A stretch of 64,000 nt of DNA, taken from assembly GCF_002113885.1 (NCBI RefSeq), contig NW_018408761.1, positions 941,580 through 1,005,579 on the forward strand, read 5' to 3'. Both the position numbers and the translations under genes were made by a program. Positions within the stretch are counted from its first letter, which is position 1. Each line of letters opens with the position of its first letter. The notes under the pieces were generated by a model, which was not told the DNA's origin, did not search any database, and saw nothing but the letters and a program-made list of their open reading frames with translations. Source of the stretch: Mizuhopecten yessoensis (lineage: Eukaryota). This document shows, piece after piece, positions 12,129 through 26,376 of this stretch.

Positions 12129-14855
12129 GGCTCTAATGTGACGTAGGCTCTAATGTGAGGTAACAATAAGACTATATAATTGTGTGTTGGCTCTAATGTG
12201 ACCTGACAGTAAGATTATAGTATTGTGTGTTGACTCTAATGTGACCTAACAATAAGACTATACCATTGTGTGTTAGCTCTAATGTGACGTAAAAATAAGA
12301 CTATAGCATTGTGTGTTGGCTCTAATATGACCTAACAATAAGACTATATCATTGTGTGTTGGCTCTAATGTGACCTAACAATAAGACTATAGCATTGTGT
12401 GTTAGCTCTAATGTGACGTAACAATAAGACTATATCATTGTGTGTTGGCTCTAATGTGACCTAACAATAAGACTATAGCATTGTGTGTTGGCTCTAATGT
12501 GACCTAACAATAAGACTATAGCATTGTGTGTTGGCTCTAATGTGACCTAACAATAAGACTATAGCATTGTGTGTTGGCTCTAATGTGACCTAACAATAAG
12601 ACTATAGCATTGTGTGTTGGCTCTAATGTGACCTAACAATAAGACTATAGCATTGTGTGTTGGCTCTAATGTGACCTAACAATAAGACTATAGCATTGTG
12701 TGTTGGCTCTAATGTGACCTAACAATAAGACTATAGCATTGTGTGTTGGCTCTAATGTGACCTAACAATAAGACTATAGCATTGTGTGTTGGCTCTAATG
12801 TGACCTAACAATAAGACTATAGCATTGTGTGTTGGCTCTAATGTGACCTAACAATAAGACTATAGCATTGTGTGTTGGCTCTAATGTGACCTAACAATAA
12901 GACTATAGCATTGTGTGTTGGCTCTAATGTGACCTAACAATAAGACTATAGCATTGTGTGTTGGCTCTAATGTGACCTAACAATAAGACTATAGCATTGT
13001 GTGTTGGCTCTAATGTGACCTAACAATAAGACTATAGCATTGTGTGTTGGCTCTAATGTGACCTAACAATAAGACTATAGCATTGTGTGTTGGCTCTAAT
13101 GTGACCTAACAATAAGACTATAGCATTGTGTGTTGGCTCTAATGTGACCTAACAATAAGACTATAGCATTGTGTGTTGGCTCTAATGTGACCTAACAATA
13201 AGACTATAGCATTGTGTGTTGGCTCTAATGTGACCTAACAATAAGACTATAGCATTGTGTGTTGGCTCTAATGTGACCTAACAATAAGACTATAGCATTG
13301 TGTGTTGGCTCTAATGTGACCTAACAATAAGACTATAGCATTGTGTGTTGGCTCTAATGTGACCTAACAATAAGACTATAGCATTGTGTGTTGGCTCTAA
13401 TGTGACCTAACAATAAGACTATAGCATTGTGTGTTGGCTCTAATGTGACCTAACAATAAGACTATAGCATTGTGTGTTGGCTCTAATGTGACCTAACAAT
13501 AAGACTATAGCATTGTGTGTTGGCTCTAATGTGACCTAACAATAAGACTATAGCATTGTGTGTTGGCTCTAATGTGACCTAACAATAAGACTATAGCATT
13601 GTGTGTTGGCTCTAATGTGACCTAACAATAAGACTATAGCATTGTGTGTTGGCTCTAATGTGACCTAACAATAAGACTATAGCATTGTGTGTTGGCTCTA
13701 ATGTGACCTAACAATAAGACTATAGCATTGTGTGTTGGCTCTAATGTGACCTAACAATAAGACTATAGCATTGTGTGTTGGCTCTAATGTGACCTAACAA
13801 TAAGACTATAGCATTGTGTGTTGGCTCTAATGTGACCTAACAATAAGACTATAGCATTGTGTGTTGGCTCTAATGTGACCTAACAATAAGACTATAGCAT
13901 TGTGTGTTGGCTCTAATGTGACCTAACAATAAGACTATAGCATTGTGTGTTGGCTCTAATGTGACCTAACAATAAGACTATAGCATTGTGTGTTGGCTCT
14001 AATGTGACCTAACAATAAGACTATAGCATTGTGTGTTGGCTCTAATGTGACCTAACAATAAGACTATAGCATTGTGTGTTGGCTCTAATGTGACCTAACA
14101 ATAAGACTATAGCATTGTGTGTTGGCTCTAATGTGACCTAACAATAAGACTATAGCATTGTGTGTTGGCTCTAATGTGACCTAACAATAAGACTATAGCA
14201 TTGTGTGTTGGCTCTAATGTGACCTAACAATAAGACTATAGCATTGTGTGTTGGCTCTAATGTGACCTAACAATAAGACTATAGCATTGTGTGTTGGCTC
14301 TAATGTGACCTAACAATAAGACTATAGCATTGTGTGTTGGCTCTAATGTGACCTAACAATAAGACTATAGCATTGTGTGTTGGCTCTAATGTGACCTAAC
14401 AATAAGACTATAGCATTGTGTGTTGGCTCTAATGTGACCTAACAATAAGACTATAGCATTGTGTGTTGGCTCTAATGTGACCTAACAATAAGACTATAGC
14501 ATTGTGTGTTGGCTCTAATGTGACCTAACAATAAGACTATAGCATTGTGTGTTGGCTCTAATGTGACCTAACAATAAGACTATAGCATTGTGTGTTGGCT
14601 CTAATGTGACCTAACAATAAGACTGTAGCATTGTGTGTTGGCTCTAATGTGACCTAACAATAAGACTATAGCATTGTGTGTTAGCTCTAATGTGACCTAA
14701 CAATAAGACTATAGCATTGTGTCATGGCTCTAATATGACCTAACAATAAGACTATATCATTGTGTGTTGGCTCTAATGTGACCTAACAATAAGACTATAG
14801 CATTGTTTGTTGGCTCTAATGTGACCTAACAATAAGACTATATCATTATGTGTTA
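12129..14855. repeat. Satellite array of about 63 copies of a 43-bp monomer (ggctctaatgtgacctaacaataagactatagcattgtgtgtt). Its core is homogenised and its edges are diverged.
   Basis: The period is exactly 43 bp (ggctct at 12361, 12404, 12447). Monomers from 12480 to 14580 are near-identical. Confidence 0.97.
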
Positions 14856-16002
14856 GCTCTCATGTATCTTTTTTATTTCACGTTTAGTTCTTAAACGTGT
14901 TATGACAACATGTATTTTTTATGTTATGTAATAATAAAAGAACTTTATATTTTGCTGAACACATAATATGGTTGGTCTAGTATTTACTTATTGATCGTTT
15001 ATCATTGATTCTTAAGAATGTTATCTTTAAACTAAGTTAATATACGTGACTCAGTATTTACTTCACGAATGCATTAGCGACGCTTGCATTTGTAAAAATG
15101 TTATCTCTCACGGCCCTTAACGTATACCAATTAGTTGTACATAAACAACTGTACATTGACGCTATTTGCAGTCTACACCTTAGAAACTAACGTATGTCGT
15201 TTATCTCCCGCATCTAATTAGTCGTAAAACAACAACCAATTAGTCTGAAAACACGTATAGATAATTAGGTATTTTGCAAGAATATCAAACAAACAGGTGT
15301 TGTAACAACATCAATATAAACAAGTTAACATCAAGAAATCAAACACAAATTGAACAGAAGAAAACAGGAACCGAGGAACCGTCACAAAAGGGACAGACTA
15401 TTTTAAAGATCATATTCTTTACAAACACATCATAATACTGTTAATAACTTCAGAATAGGTAATAAGTAACACACACGTCTCCGTATAATATATAATCCTA
15501 ACGTTGCAACGGTATAGCGATAGCAATACAACGGTTACTTGCAATACACAAGGGCGCATACAATGAGTCGGGGGGAGAAAAAAAAGTATTGCATCAGTAT
15601 TACGTCACTTGGAACTATAACTTTTTATAGATTTTCTTTACATTTCTTACGGCGTTAATATTAGGTAAAATCAATGGACCAGTCGCTCCTGTTATTCCCC
15701 GCGTCTGTAATAGACGGTTACACGACCGTATATCGATCCAGTCAAATATTCTGGAACGAATATTTGTGTTTCCAACATAATCACTTCCTTAAATCACTTT
15801 CTTGACAAAATTGGAATTTTGCATATACAATCCCAACGGACGTTAGGGAATACGAGGAAAGTTATTACATAGGACTGTAATACATCTTATGTTATTTTTC
15901 ATTATCATTTGTATTAGCTTTTTACAACCGTAAAAGGGGTTATTTAATCAAGCATAGATGAATGAAAATAACATGTTTGTGTTGCGATTTTTTTTTATCA
16001 AG

Positions 16003-16150
16003 GATAGAATCTTGCTTTGGACGATTTCATGGGGTGATGAATTGAGTTGGTCTTGGAACAAAATTAATGAAATGCGAAGCAGTTCATGTTGAATTTGTTT
16101 CAAGACCAACTCAATTCATCACCCCATGAAATCGACGAAAGCAAGATTCA
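16003..16150. repeat. Near-perfect 148-bp palindrome or long hairpin. It has ~55-bp arms (tcttgctttggacgatttcatggggtgatgaattgagttggtcttgg...) with a ~37-bp central loop.
   Basis: The reverse complement of 16093–16146 matches 16010–16062 at about 50 of 53 positions. The outer flanks also pair (agaatcttgc / gcaagattca). Confidence 0.85.
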
Positions 16151-16805
16151 ATGCGTATATTTCAATCGAATTGTTTGTTTTCAATAATTGGAACTTGTGA
16201 AGTCCATTCCGATCGTTTGTCCCAGGTACTGGAGCTTGTTCAAGTCTACGTATTGACGTAATGTAACACAAATATAGTCCGTCATTGAAAGACCATCATA
16301 CAACATGATGGGGTACGTTGATAGTTCAATACAGCCAAATTATGTAGAAACAAAACACAAAACCATATTTTAAATGTCATTTTTAATTTTTGTTGATAAT
16401 TTCATAAGATGTCAAATTTTCTGATGCGTAATCGAATATGAATAATTTTTAGACGCGGTGCACATGCTCAGCTGCGAGTCTACGGCAGCCGCTTAATTTC
16501 GAGGTTCTTCATCTCCTGGAATGTGAAGCTGTAGTAATTGAATGTCGAATTAGACAGGAAACCAAACGTGACTTGAAAGGACGAAACATTTGATATAACA
16601 TTCCTCTGTTCGACTGTGTTTCATATAAGACGAGACCTTATGGATCTACCACAGGGGTTCGTTACAAACGTCTAGCTGTTTTAGAAAAAGTAAAATATGA
16701 AAAATTTTCCAAATTGTCAACACACAAAAAAGAAACCCGATCTTGAAGTCAATAAGGAAAGATAGTAACAGACAATAAGAATACCAAAACATCAGGAAAC
16801 ACGTC

Positions 16806-17030
16806 AATGATTTTTATACAAAATGGAGAAGAAACCAGATGTTCCGGAAGAGAAAGTGTTTCGACATAATTAAATTTGGTACACGTCAAAACGCATCTGC
16901 TTCTGATAAAAAAAAAACATGAAAAATCTGGAAAGTCTATAAAACACAAACGATACAAGTGATTAAAATGATCAAACAGACTTTCTACCTCATTTGAAAT
17001 GACATGTACGGACCACAATACTGCTTCAAC
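16806..17030. repeat. Unique 225-bp segment at the left edge of the 41-bp satellite. It is duplicated as a block inside the array at 17753–17977.
   Basis: ttttatacaaaatggagaagaaaccagatgttccggaag...ctcgtgactctttttatcatttt occurs at both positions. The junction sits on the microhomology ttttataca, which is shared with the satellite monomer. Confidence 0.9.
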
Positions 17031-20000
17031 TCGTGACTCTTTTTATCATTTTATACACCGTTAGCTTTAATTGGTGACCCGTTTTATCATTTTATACACT
17101 GTAAGCTTTAGCTGGCGACCCGTTTTATCATTTTATCCCCTGTCAGCTTTAACTGGTGGCCCGTTTTATCATTTTATACACCGTAAGCTTGAACTGGTGA
17201 CCCGTTTTATCATATTATACACTGTAAGCTTTACCGGTGACCCGTTTTATCATTTAATAGACTGTCAGCTTTAACTGGTTACCCGTTTTATCATTTTATC
17301 CACTGTCAGCTTTAACTGGCGACCCGTTTTATCATTTTATACCCTGTCAGCTTTAACTGGTGGCCCGTTTTATCATTTTATACACGGTCAGCTTTAACTG
17401 GTGACCGCTTTTATCATTTTATACACTGGCAGCTTTAACTGGTGACCCCTTTTATCATTTTATACACTTTGGTGACCCGTTTTATCATATTATACACTGT
17501 AAGCTTTAACCGGTGACCCGTTTTATCATTTTATACTCTGTCAGATTTAACTGGTGACCCGTTTTAGCATTTTATACTCTGTCAGCTTTAACTAGTGACT
17601 CGTTTTATGATTTTATATACTGTCAGCTTTAACTGGTTACCCGTTTTATCATTTTATCCCCTGTCAGCTTTAACTGGTGGCCCGTTTTATCATTTTATAC
17701 AATGTCAGCTTTAACTGGTGAACCGTTTTATCCTTTTATACACTGTCAGCTTTTATACAAAATGGAGAAGAAACCAGATGTTCCGGAAGAGAAAGTGTTT
17801 CGACATAATTAAATTTGGTACACGTCAAAACGCATCTGCTTCTGATAAAAAAAAAACATGAAAAATCTGGAAAGTCTATAAAACACAAACGATACAAGTG
17901 ATTAAAATGATCAAACAGACTTTCTACCTCATTTGAAATGACATGTACGGACCACAATACTGCTTCAACTCGTGACTCTTTTTATCATTTCATACACCGT
18001 TAGCTTTAATTGGTGACCCGTTTTATCATATTATACACTGTAAGCTTTAGCTGGCGACCCGTTTTATCATTTTATACCCTGTAAGCTTTTACTGGTGACC
18101 CGTTTTATCATTTAATAGACTGTCAGCTTTAACTGGTTACCCGTTTTATCATTTTATACAATGTCAGCTTTAACTGGTGAACCGTTTTATCCTTTTATAC
18201 ACTGTCAGCTTAAACTGGTGACTCGTTTTATCACTGTACTCACTGTCAGCTTTAACTGGTGACCCATTTTATCATTTTATACACTGTAAGCTTTAGCTGG
18301 CGACCCGTTTTATCATTTTATCCACTGTCAGCTTTAACTGGCGACCCGTTTTATCATTTTATACCCTGTAAGCTTTTACTGGTGACCCGTTTTATCATTT
18401 TTTATGCTGTCAGCTTTAACTGGTGGCCCGTTTTATCATTTTATACACTGTGAGCTTTAACTGGTGACCCGTTTTACCATTTTATACACCGTAAGCTTGA
18501 ACTGGTGACCCGTTTTATCATTTTATACACTGTCAGCTTTAACTAGTGACTCGTTTTATCATTTTATACTCTGTCAGCTTTAACTGGTGACCAGTTTTAT
18601 CATTTTATACACTGTCGGCTTTTACTTGTGACAAGTTTTATCATTTTATACTCTTTCGGCTTTAACTGGTGACCCGTTTTATCATATTATACACTGTAAG
18701 CTTTAACTGGTGACTCGTTTTATCACTGTACTCACTGTCAGCTGTAACTGGTGACCAGTTTTATCATTTTATACACTTTCGGATTTAACTGGTGACCCGT
18801 TTTATTATTTTATACACTGTCAGCTTTAACTAGTGACCCGTTTTATCATTTTATACACTGTCAGCTTTAACTGGTGACAAGTTTTATCATTTTATACACT
18901 TTCGGCTTTAACTGGTGACCCGTTTTATCATTTTATAAACTGTCAGCTTTAACTGGCGACCAGTTTTATCATTTTATACACTGCTAGCTTTAACTGGTGA
19001 CCCTTTAACTGGTGCCCCGTTTTATCATTTTATAAACTGTCAGCTTTAACTGGCGACCAGTTTTATCATTTAATAGACTGTCAGCTTTAACTGGTTACCA
19101 GTTTTATCATTTTATACACTGTCAGCTTTAACTGGTGACCCATTTTATCATTTTATACACTGTTAGCTTTAACTGGTGACCCTTTTTATCATTTTATACA
19201 CTGTCAGCTTTAACTGGTGACCAGTTTTATCATTTTATACACTGTCAGCTTTAACTGGTGACCCGTTTTATCATTTAATAGACTGTCAGCTTTAACTGGT
19301 GACCAGTTTTATCATTTTATACACTGTCAGCTTTAACTGGTGACCCGTTTTATCATTTTATACACTGTCAGCTTTAACTGGTGACCCGTTTTATCATTTT
19401 ATACACTGTCAGCTTTAACTGGTGACCCGTTTTATCATTTTATACACTGTCAGCTTTAACTGGTGACCCGTTTTATCATTTTATACACTGTCAGCTTTAA
19501 CTGGTGACCCGTTTTATCATTTTATACACTGTCAGCTTTAACTGGTGACCCGTTTTATCATTTTATACACTGTCAGCTTTAACTGGTGACCCGTTTTATC
19601 ATTTTATACACTGTCAGCTTTAACTGGTGACCCGTTTTATCATTTTATACACTGTCAGCTTTAACTGGTGACCCGTTTTATCATTTTATACACTGTCAGC
19701 TTTAACTGGTGACCCGTTTTATCATTTTATACACTGTCAGCTTTAACTGGTGACCCGTTTTATCATTTTATACACTGTCAGCTTTAACTGGTGACCCGTT
19801 TTATCATTTTATACACTGTCAGCTTTAACTGGTGACCCGTTTTATCATTTTATACACTGTCAGCTTTAACTGGTGACTCGTTTTATCATTTTATACACTG
19901 TCAGCTTTAACTGGTGACCCGTTTTATCATTTTATACACTGTCAGCTTTAACTGGTGACCCGTTTTATCATTTTATACACTGTCAGCTTTAACTGGTGAC

Positions 20001-21855
20001 CCGTTTTATCATTTTATACACTGTCAGCTTTAACTGGTGACCCGTTTTATCATTTTATACACTGTCAGCTTTAACTGGTGACCCGTTTTATCATTTTATA
20101 CACTGTCAGCTTTAACTGGTGACCCGTTTTATCATTTTATACACTGTCAGCTTTAACTGGTGACCCGTTTTATCATTTTATACACTGTCAGCTTTAACTG
20201 GTGACCCGTTTTATCATTTTATACACTGTCAGCTTTAACTGGTGACCCGTTTTATCATTTTATACACTGTCAGCTTTAACTGGTGACCCGTTTTATCATT
20301 TTATACACTGTCAGCTTTAACTGGTGACCCGTTTTATCATTTTATACACTGTCAGCTTTAACTGGTGACCCGTTTTATCATTTTATACACTGTCAGCTTT
20401 AACTGGTGACCCGTTTTATCATTTTATACACTGTCAGCTTTAACTGGTGACCCGTTTTATCATTTTATACACTGTCAGCTTTAACTGGTGACCCGTTTTA
20501 TCATTTTATACACTGTCAGCTTTAACTGGTGACCCGTTTTATCATTTTATACACTGTCAGCTTTAACTGGTGACCCGTTTTATCATTTTATACACTGTCA
20601 GCTTTAACTGGTGACCCGTTTTATCATTTTATACACTGTCAGCTTTAACTGGTGACCCGTTTTATCATTTTATACACTGTCAGCTTTAACTGGTGACCCG
20701 TTTTATCATTTTATACACTGTCAGCTTTAACTGGTGACCCGTTTTATCATTTTATACACTGTAAGCTTTAACTGGTGACCCGTTTTATCATTTTATACAC
20801 TGTAAGCTTTAACTGGTGACCCGTTTTATTATTTTATACACCGTAAGCTTTAACTGGTGACCCGTTTTATCATTTTATAAACTGTCAGCTGTAACTGGTG
20901 ACCCGTTGTATCATTTTATACACTGTCAGCTTTAACTGGTGACCCTTTTTATCATTTTATACACTTTCGGCTTTAACTGGTGACCCTTTTTTATCATTTT
21001 ATACACTGTCAGCTTTAACTGGTGACTCGTTTTATCATTTTATACTCTGTCAGCACTAACTGGTGGCTCGTTTTATCATTTATACACTGTAAGCTTTAAC
21101 TGGTGACCCGTTTTATCATTTTATTCACTGTCAATATTAACTGGTGACCCGTTTTATCATTTTATATACTGTCAATATTAACTGGTGACCCGTTTTATCA
21201 TTTTATAAACTGTCAGCTGTAACTGGTGACCCGTTGTATCATTTTATACACTGTCAGCTTTAACTGGTGACCAGTTTTATCATTTTATACACTGTCAGCA
21301 TTAACTAGTAGCTCGTGTTATCATTTTATACACTGTCAATATTAACTGGTGACCCGTTTTATCATTTTATACACTGTCAATATTAACTGGTGACCCGTTT
21401 TATCATTTTATACACTGTAAGCTTTAACTGGTGACCCGTTTTATCATTTTATACACTGTCAGCATTAACTAGTAGCTCGTGTTATCATTTTATACAGTGT
21501 AAGCTTTAACTAGTGACTCGTTTTATCATTTTATACACTGTCGGCATTCAATAGTGACTCGTTTTATAGTGTTTTACACCGTTAGCTTGAACTGATGACT
21601 CGTTTATCATTTTATACACTGTCAACATTAACTGAAGACTCGTTTTTATCATTTTATATACTATCAGTATTAACTGATCGCTCGTTTATCATTTTATACA
21701 CTTTCAGCTTTAACTGCTGACCCGTTTTATCATTTTATACACTGTCAGTATTAAATGGTGACTCGTTTTATTATTTTATACACTGTCAGTATTAAATGAT
21801 GACTCGTTTTATTATTTTATACACTGTCAGTATTAAATGATGACTCGTTTCATCC
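17030..21855. repeat. Satellite array of about 110 copies of a 41-bp monomer (ctgtcagctttaactggtgacccgttttatcattttataca). The core at 19300–20760 is perfectly homogenised, both flanks are degenerate, and the 225-bp duplicated segment at 17753–17977 interrupts it.
   Basis: The period is 41 bp (ctgtcag at 19324 and 19365). Variant monomers (ctgtaagc, ctgtcaatatt, ggtgactc) cluster at the edges. Confidence 0.97.
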
Positions 21856-24800
21856 TACATTACTGTTTGATTTACGTTATGGTCTTACTTAAAGATAACT
21901 TAGGACTCTTAAGCGAAATACTTTTGAAGTATTCGCTGCTGCATCTTAAATATTAAACAATGGAATGTCTCACACAGAAAACCTCTCTTGTATCTAAATA
22001 CATTTAATTAAATTTCATATAACGCATAACATACGACGTCATCAAACAAAGGCCCAATCGCGTCGATTGGTAGGAAATCAACAGTACCTGTGGAGACATA
22101 GGAAGAAAAGGATAGACGTCATAGACAGCCACATAATGAATTTATCGACGAGAACATGGAGTTGAAACATTCTTCCATCGAATGAAAAAGACACAAACGA
22201 CTGTTTTCCAAATTTTTGAACTCGATTTAGCATTAAAATGATGTATGGTTTTTTGCAATGTAGAAAAGGGTTCATTAACACAGAAGTTCTTAGAAATAGT
22301 CATTCATATTTAAGGTGCTCTAGAAGAAGTGAATATTTAAGAATTGTCAAAACCAATATTTGCCAAAACGTGAATATTAAGTTTAAATATATTTTTGACG
22401 TCCGCGTCTGTTCCGATGGTAAATATGGAAATTTTCTTCGTAATTGGAAATTAGTCTGATTTCATTATAGGAAACAAAATCAATCGTTACATCAGCACAA
22501 AACGTCGAATTTGAAAATATACACACTAGCACAGCAGCATTGTCTGCACATCTACTAAAACAAGAAAATGACATTATGAAACCGTGCATCAAAATAAAGG
22601 AACCGTTTTATATAAACCGCTTTCCTGTAAATGACGTCAATACTGTTTACGTTGCCTCGGAGAAAAAGGTACGGTTTGTTAATTTATGAATTGTTTCAAA
22701 ACACAGGTTAATATGTATATTTATCAAAATTTTAATACAGGAGGAAAACAATGCAGCATTGCCATATCATCTTAACTGCAGTGGATTGCAATCACTTGAA
22801 ATATATTCCTTATTTTGATTTTTGATTTTTTTTTTTTTTGCGCAAAACATATTTTGTCATTTGAATTTCAGTAGGGCCAAAGCTGATATTTCATGCGAAA
22901 TTGTAGATTTATTAACATTTGTAATATGTTTCAACGCAAAACACTAAGTATCCCGTATCATATCTTGATGTTCATGCGAGTGATAAATATATTGATGAAA
23001 TCTAAAATAAAAATATATATATTGAATTTGAATTAATACCAAATCAGCTTTTTCATACAATGCATGCATCATTCCAAGTGACGAATCGGAAACTACGACC
23101 AAGTTCCGGTATTTATTGGAGAGTTTTAGGGGATGTAATAATATTATATTGCACCACTAACAGAAGTATTGCTAAGTGTTTTCTCCTTGTTAAAATCATA
23201 CACTTAGACAAACCGTATTACTTGATTAAGGATTGCGGTTCACTTAGTACAACGATATACACATTCTTTTAGCCCTCTGGCTTCTATTCTAGTGATATCA
23301 TTATGTTAATGTGAATGTTGTATGAAGTATTGTGTATATTCCATTAAAATTAAAAGCTATATACATTGTATATGGTTGATAGAAAGTCAAGAATATTTTT
23401 TCTTTTAGATACGTCGTTAATAAAAATATGATTTACAGTGATGTTAACTTGTTTGCGCGCTAAATCATTAAGTGTGTGCTACAAAAAAAAACACTACATG
23501 GCAAAGCTTTTATGCCTGGTAACGCTAATGTGACTCACTAGCCTGTACATGTAATAAAATAATAAACGTTGATTATGTAGACCTGTTCAATTTACATTAT
23601 AATATTTACTCACTTTCAGAAGGAGTAAGTCTTAAGGCAAATGGTTCACATATATCTTTCAAAGAAAAGATGGAACAGTTACCATTTTCACGGGCATGAA
23701 AATGAAACCGGCTATTTCTGCAAAATGAATCACAGTTGATACACTTTTTGAAAGTGTTATACATGTAATAACTGTATAACTGTTGACCTAGTTAGTAGTT
23801 CAAGACTGACTCATTAGAATTTAACTTTGACCTGAGACGTATTTATATAGTTATCAATAGTTATGTAAGGTAAGAGTCACCTTTATCTAAACGTCAAGTT
23901 ACATCTCCTACGTCTTACGTTTCCAAGCTAATTATAATTATTTATAGTACATTAAATGTATAGTTCTTGCCGGTAACTTGTACTTACTAAACCATTTCGT
24001 TCTATTCTTTTAAGGTCAAGGTAAACCATGCCTTTCATTTAGACATTAATTGTCTTCTTGTATTCTGAAATTGTGTTTGAAGCTGTCTATGTTACTTGAA
24101 GCTGCTTTTGTTTATATAGTGTATGTCTTTATTATCATTATTATGAAACATAAAAGCAAAATTACCTGAAATGTAATTATATATATTGATATAATATATT
24201 CTTCTACAGGAAGCATAGTAAGTAAGAATAACACTTTATTATGCAACTGACATATATCCCCTGTTAATGGAAATGTGAATTAAACATTCACTAAGATCTT
24301 CTTTTTCATGTCGATTATTTTCAAAACTTAAGTTAAGATAGTGAATAAATTTTACTAATGAATTCCGTTTATACAAGAACAGTTAAAAGTCGTTGTCATC
24401 GCATTTTTTTCACAGGAAACATAGTTTAGGCTATGACACATTTCCTTTTCTCTTATTTCCATGTGTGTAAGATAGAGCAGTCCTCGTGGACGACGATATG
24501 CATACCCCACATGTGTTTTTGTTTACAAACAGGTTGCTGTCGATGGAGTTGTGACTGAAATAATGGACGGGAGAAAAATAAACATGATTTTTTATGGTTG
24601 TCTAACCCTCGGAAAAGGTGACGTGATAAAATTAAAACCTTTTACGAGGTATTTACCGTATACATTAGAAAGATGTAATTATTTTTTAGGGGTGTCGGAT
24701 AGGGAAATTCTACCCTCGGGATTTTCAAATTTGGCTATAATCCTTCACCACTGGACATGAAAGAGTCTTATATTATTTAGATGTCTCACCATTATCTGGT

Positions 24801-26299
24801 GTCTACTGTACCACCCATGTCATAACACATTTATCTATATTACAATTTGTTTAGTGGATGTATATGTAGCACAGTTGTTTCTATTGGGAAAAGATCTGGG
24901 AAGGTATTGCCTGCAGCTACACGTTCATATTAGAATTTAGAAAAAAGAGAAATGGGAGAATCTATTATGTGCATTGCATAAACGGATATCAGTTTTAAAC
25001 GTAAATAGTCATCGGTGCTGCTCTTGACATCAAGGATTATGCATTTGCCAATTTATATCTACCAAAAGTCAACGCTGTTGAGATTGAAGATCATTTTCTA
25101 GCTGGTTGCACAGCCTGAGCAACAATGATAATAACAGCCTTGCCAACACGCTGTTATGTAATGAAACCAGTCGCCATAGAGGCTACCCTTTTACGTTTCA
25201 TATTGAATTTGTTTATCGTTTGTAGTTTTACGTCATCAAAACACCTCTGACACACAAAATGATGTTAATAGCTTAATCAATAAAACTGCAATTAAAGCTA
25301 TAAATGTTTTATATAATGTAGGACATTGGGCTGTATATCAATATTGGTCTCCTTCGTTTTATAGGTGATCCTTATTACGTCTGACGAGAGTGGTAGAGAG
25401 AAGACCATTTTTCCTCTAACAATGATGAAACGCATAGGAAGCTTGATACAGCAGCGTGTTCTTCTTGGCGTAAAGTTATAGGGTAATAATCGTGATACTG
25501 TCGTTCATTTGCATCCGTTTCAATATATAAACATTACTCATGTGAAGTTATTTTTGTGAAGGTGTTTGAAGCCCACTAGAATGTTTCATTTCGCCATTTG
25601 TTTGAAGATACAAATGTATACAATTGGTATTACGATAACGATTACAAGTGAATAACTTCATTTCTGAATTCGGAACAAATATTGAAAGTTAGAAAGTGGC
25701 ATCGTTAAATTGAAAATGAAACTTCAATAGATTAGTATGTTACATAAGTCAGGTATGTATTGTAAAGGCAGTTGCGTTGTTCTAGATTCAGAGGAAGTTG
25801 TATCATCACGTGACTCTTTGAACTGGGAGATACAAATCAAGCAAATTTCACAGAGTTCGCAGATCACGTTTCATATGACATTTGGTTATCATCGGTAAAA
25901 ATAAACTTGTTAATCATGTCAAACACTCGACAGCATATATCAATATGTGACTTAACACTTAACAACCTCAAATTATTTCTCACAATTTTGTGTTTGCCAT
26001 TGCATTATTTCAGCATTTGCTTGATATTTTTTAAATGAGCTGATAGGATATGAGTATAATTAATTTTACAGCAAAATATTCCAAGCGTGACCACATAAAT
26101 GGAAATGAAATATCACGATTTCCGTGAAAGATATCGAAAGCTTATGGACAAACCTACAATGCAGGGTTTCTAGATATGCAATTTGGTGATGACAAATCGA
26201 TAGGTTTTATGGTCGCCAACGTGATCTTATTAGGAACATTGTATTTCCTGATTCGATATGAACAGCGCTGAGTTGATTATGCTAAGTGGTGTTCCTTGT

Positions 26300-26376
26300 G
26301 GTTTCGTTCTAGCTTTGATGACGTGACATTATTTGAATTTTCCATAGATTTACATGGCGGGTGTCGTCGAGTTAGG
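26300..26376 (+). mobile_element. Solo ~75-bp fragment of the dispersed element family (end of the 5' module: ..gatttacatggcgggtgtcgtcgag).
   Basis: It aligns to 28118–28172 and 10110–10145. Confidence 0.4.

Noticed and set aside
22055-22072. Inverted CCAAT pair ccaatcgcgtcgattgg.
   Set aside because: It is a short 7-bp-arm palindrome that is easily expected by chance, with no supporting context.
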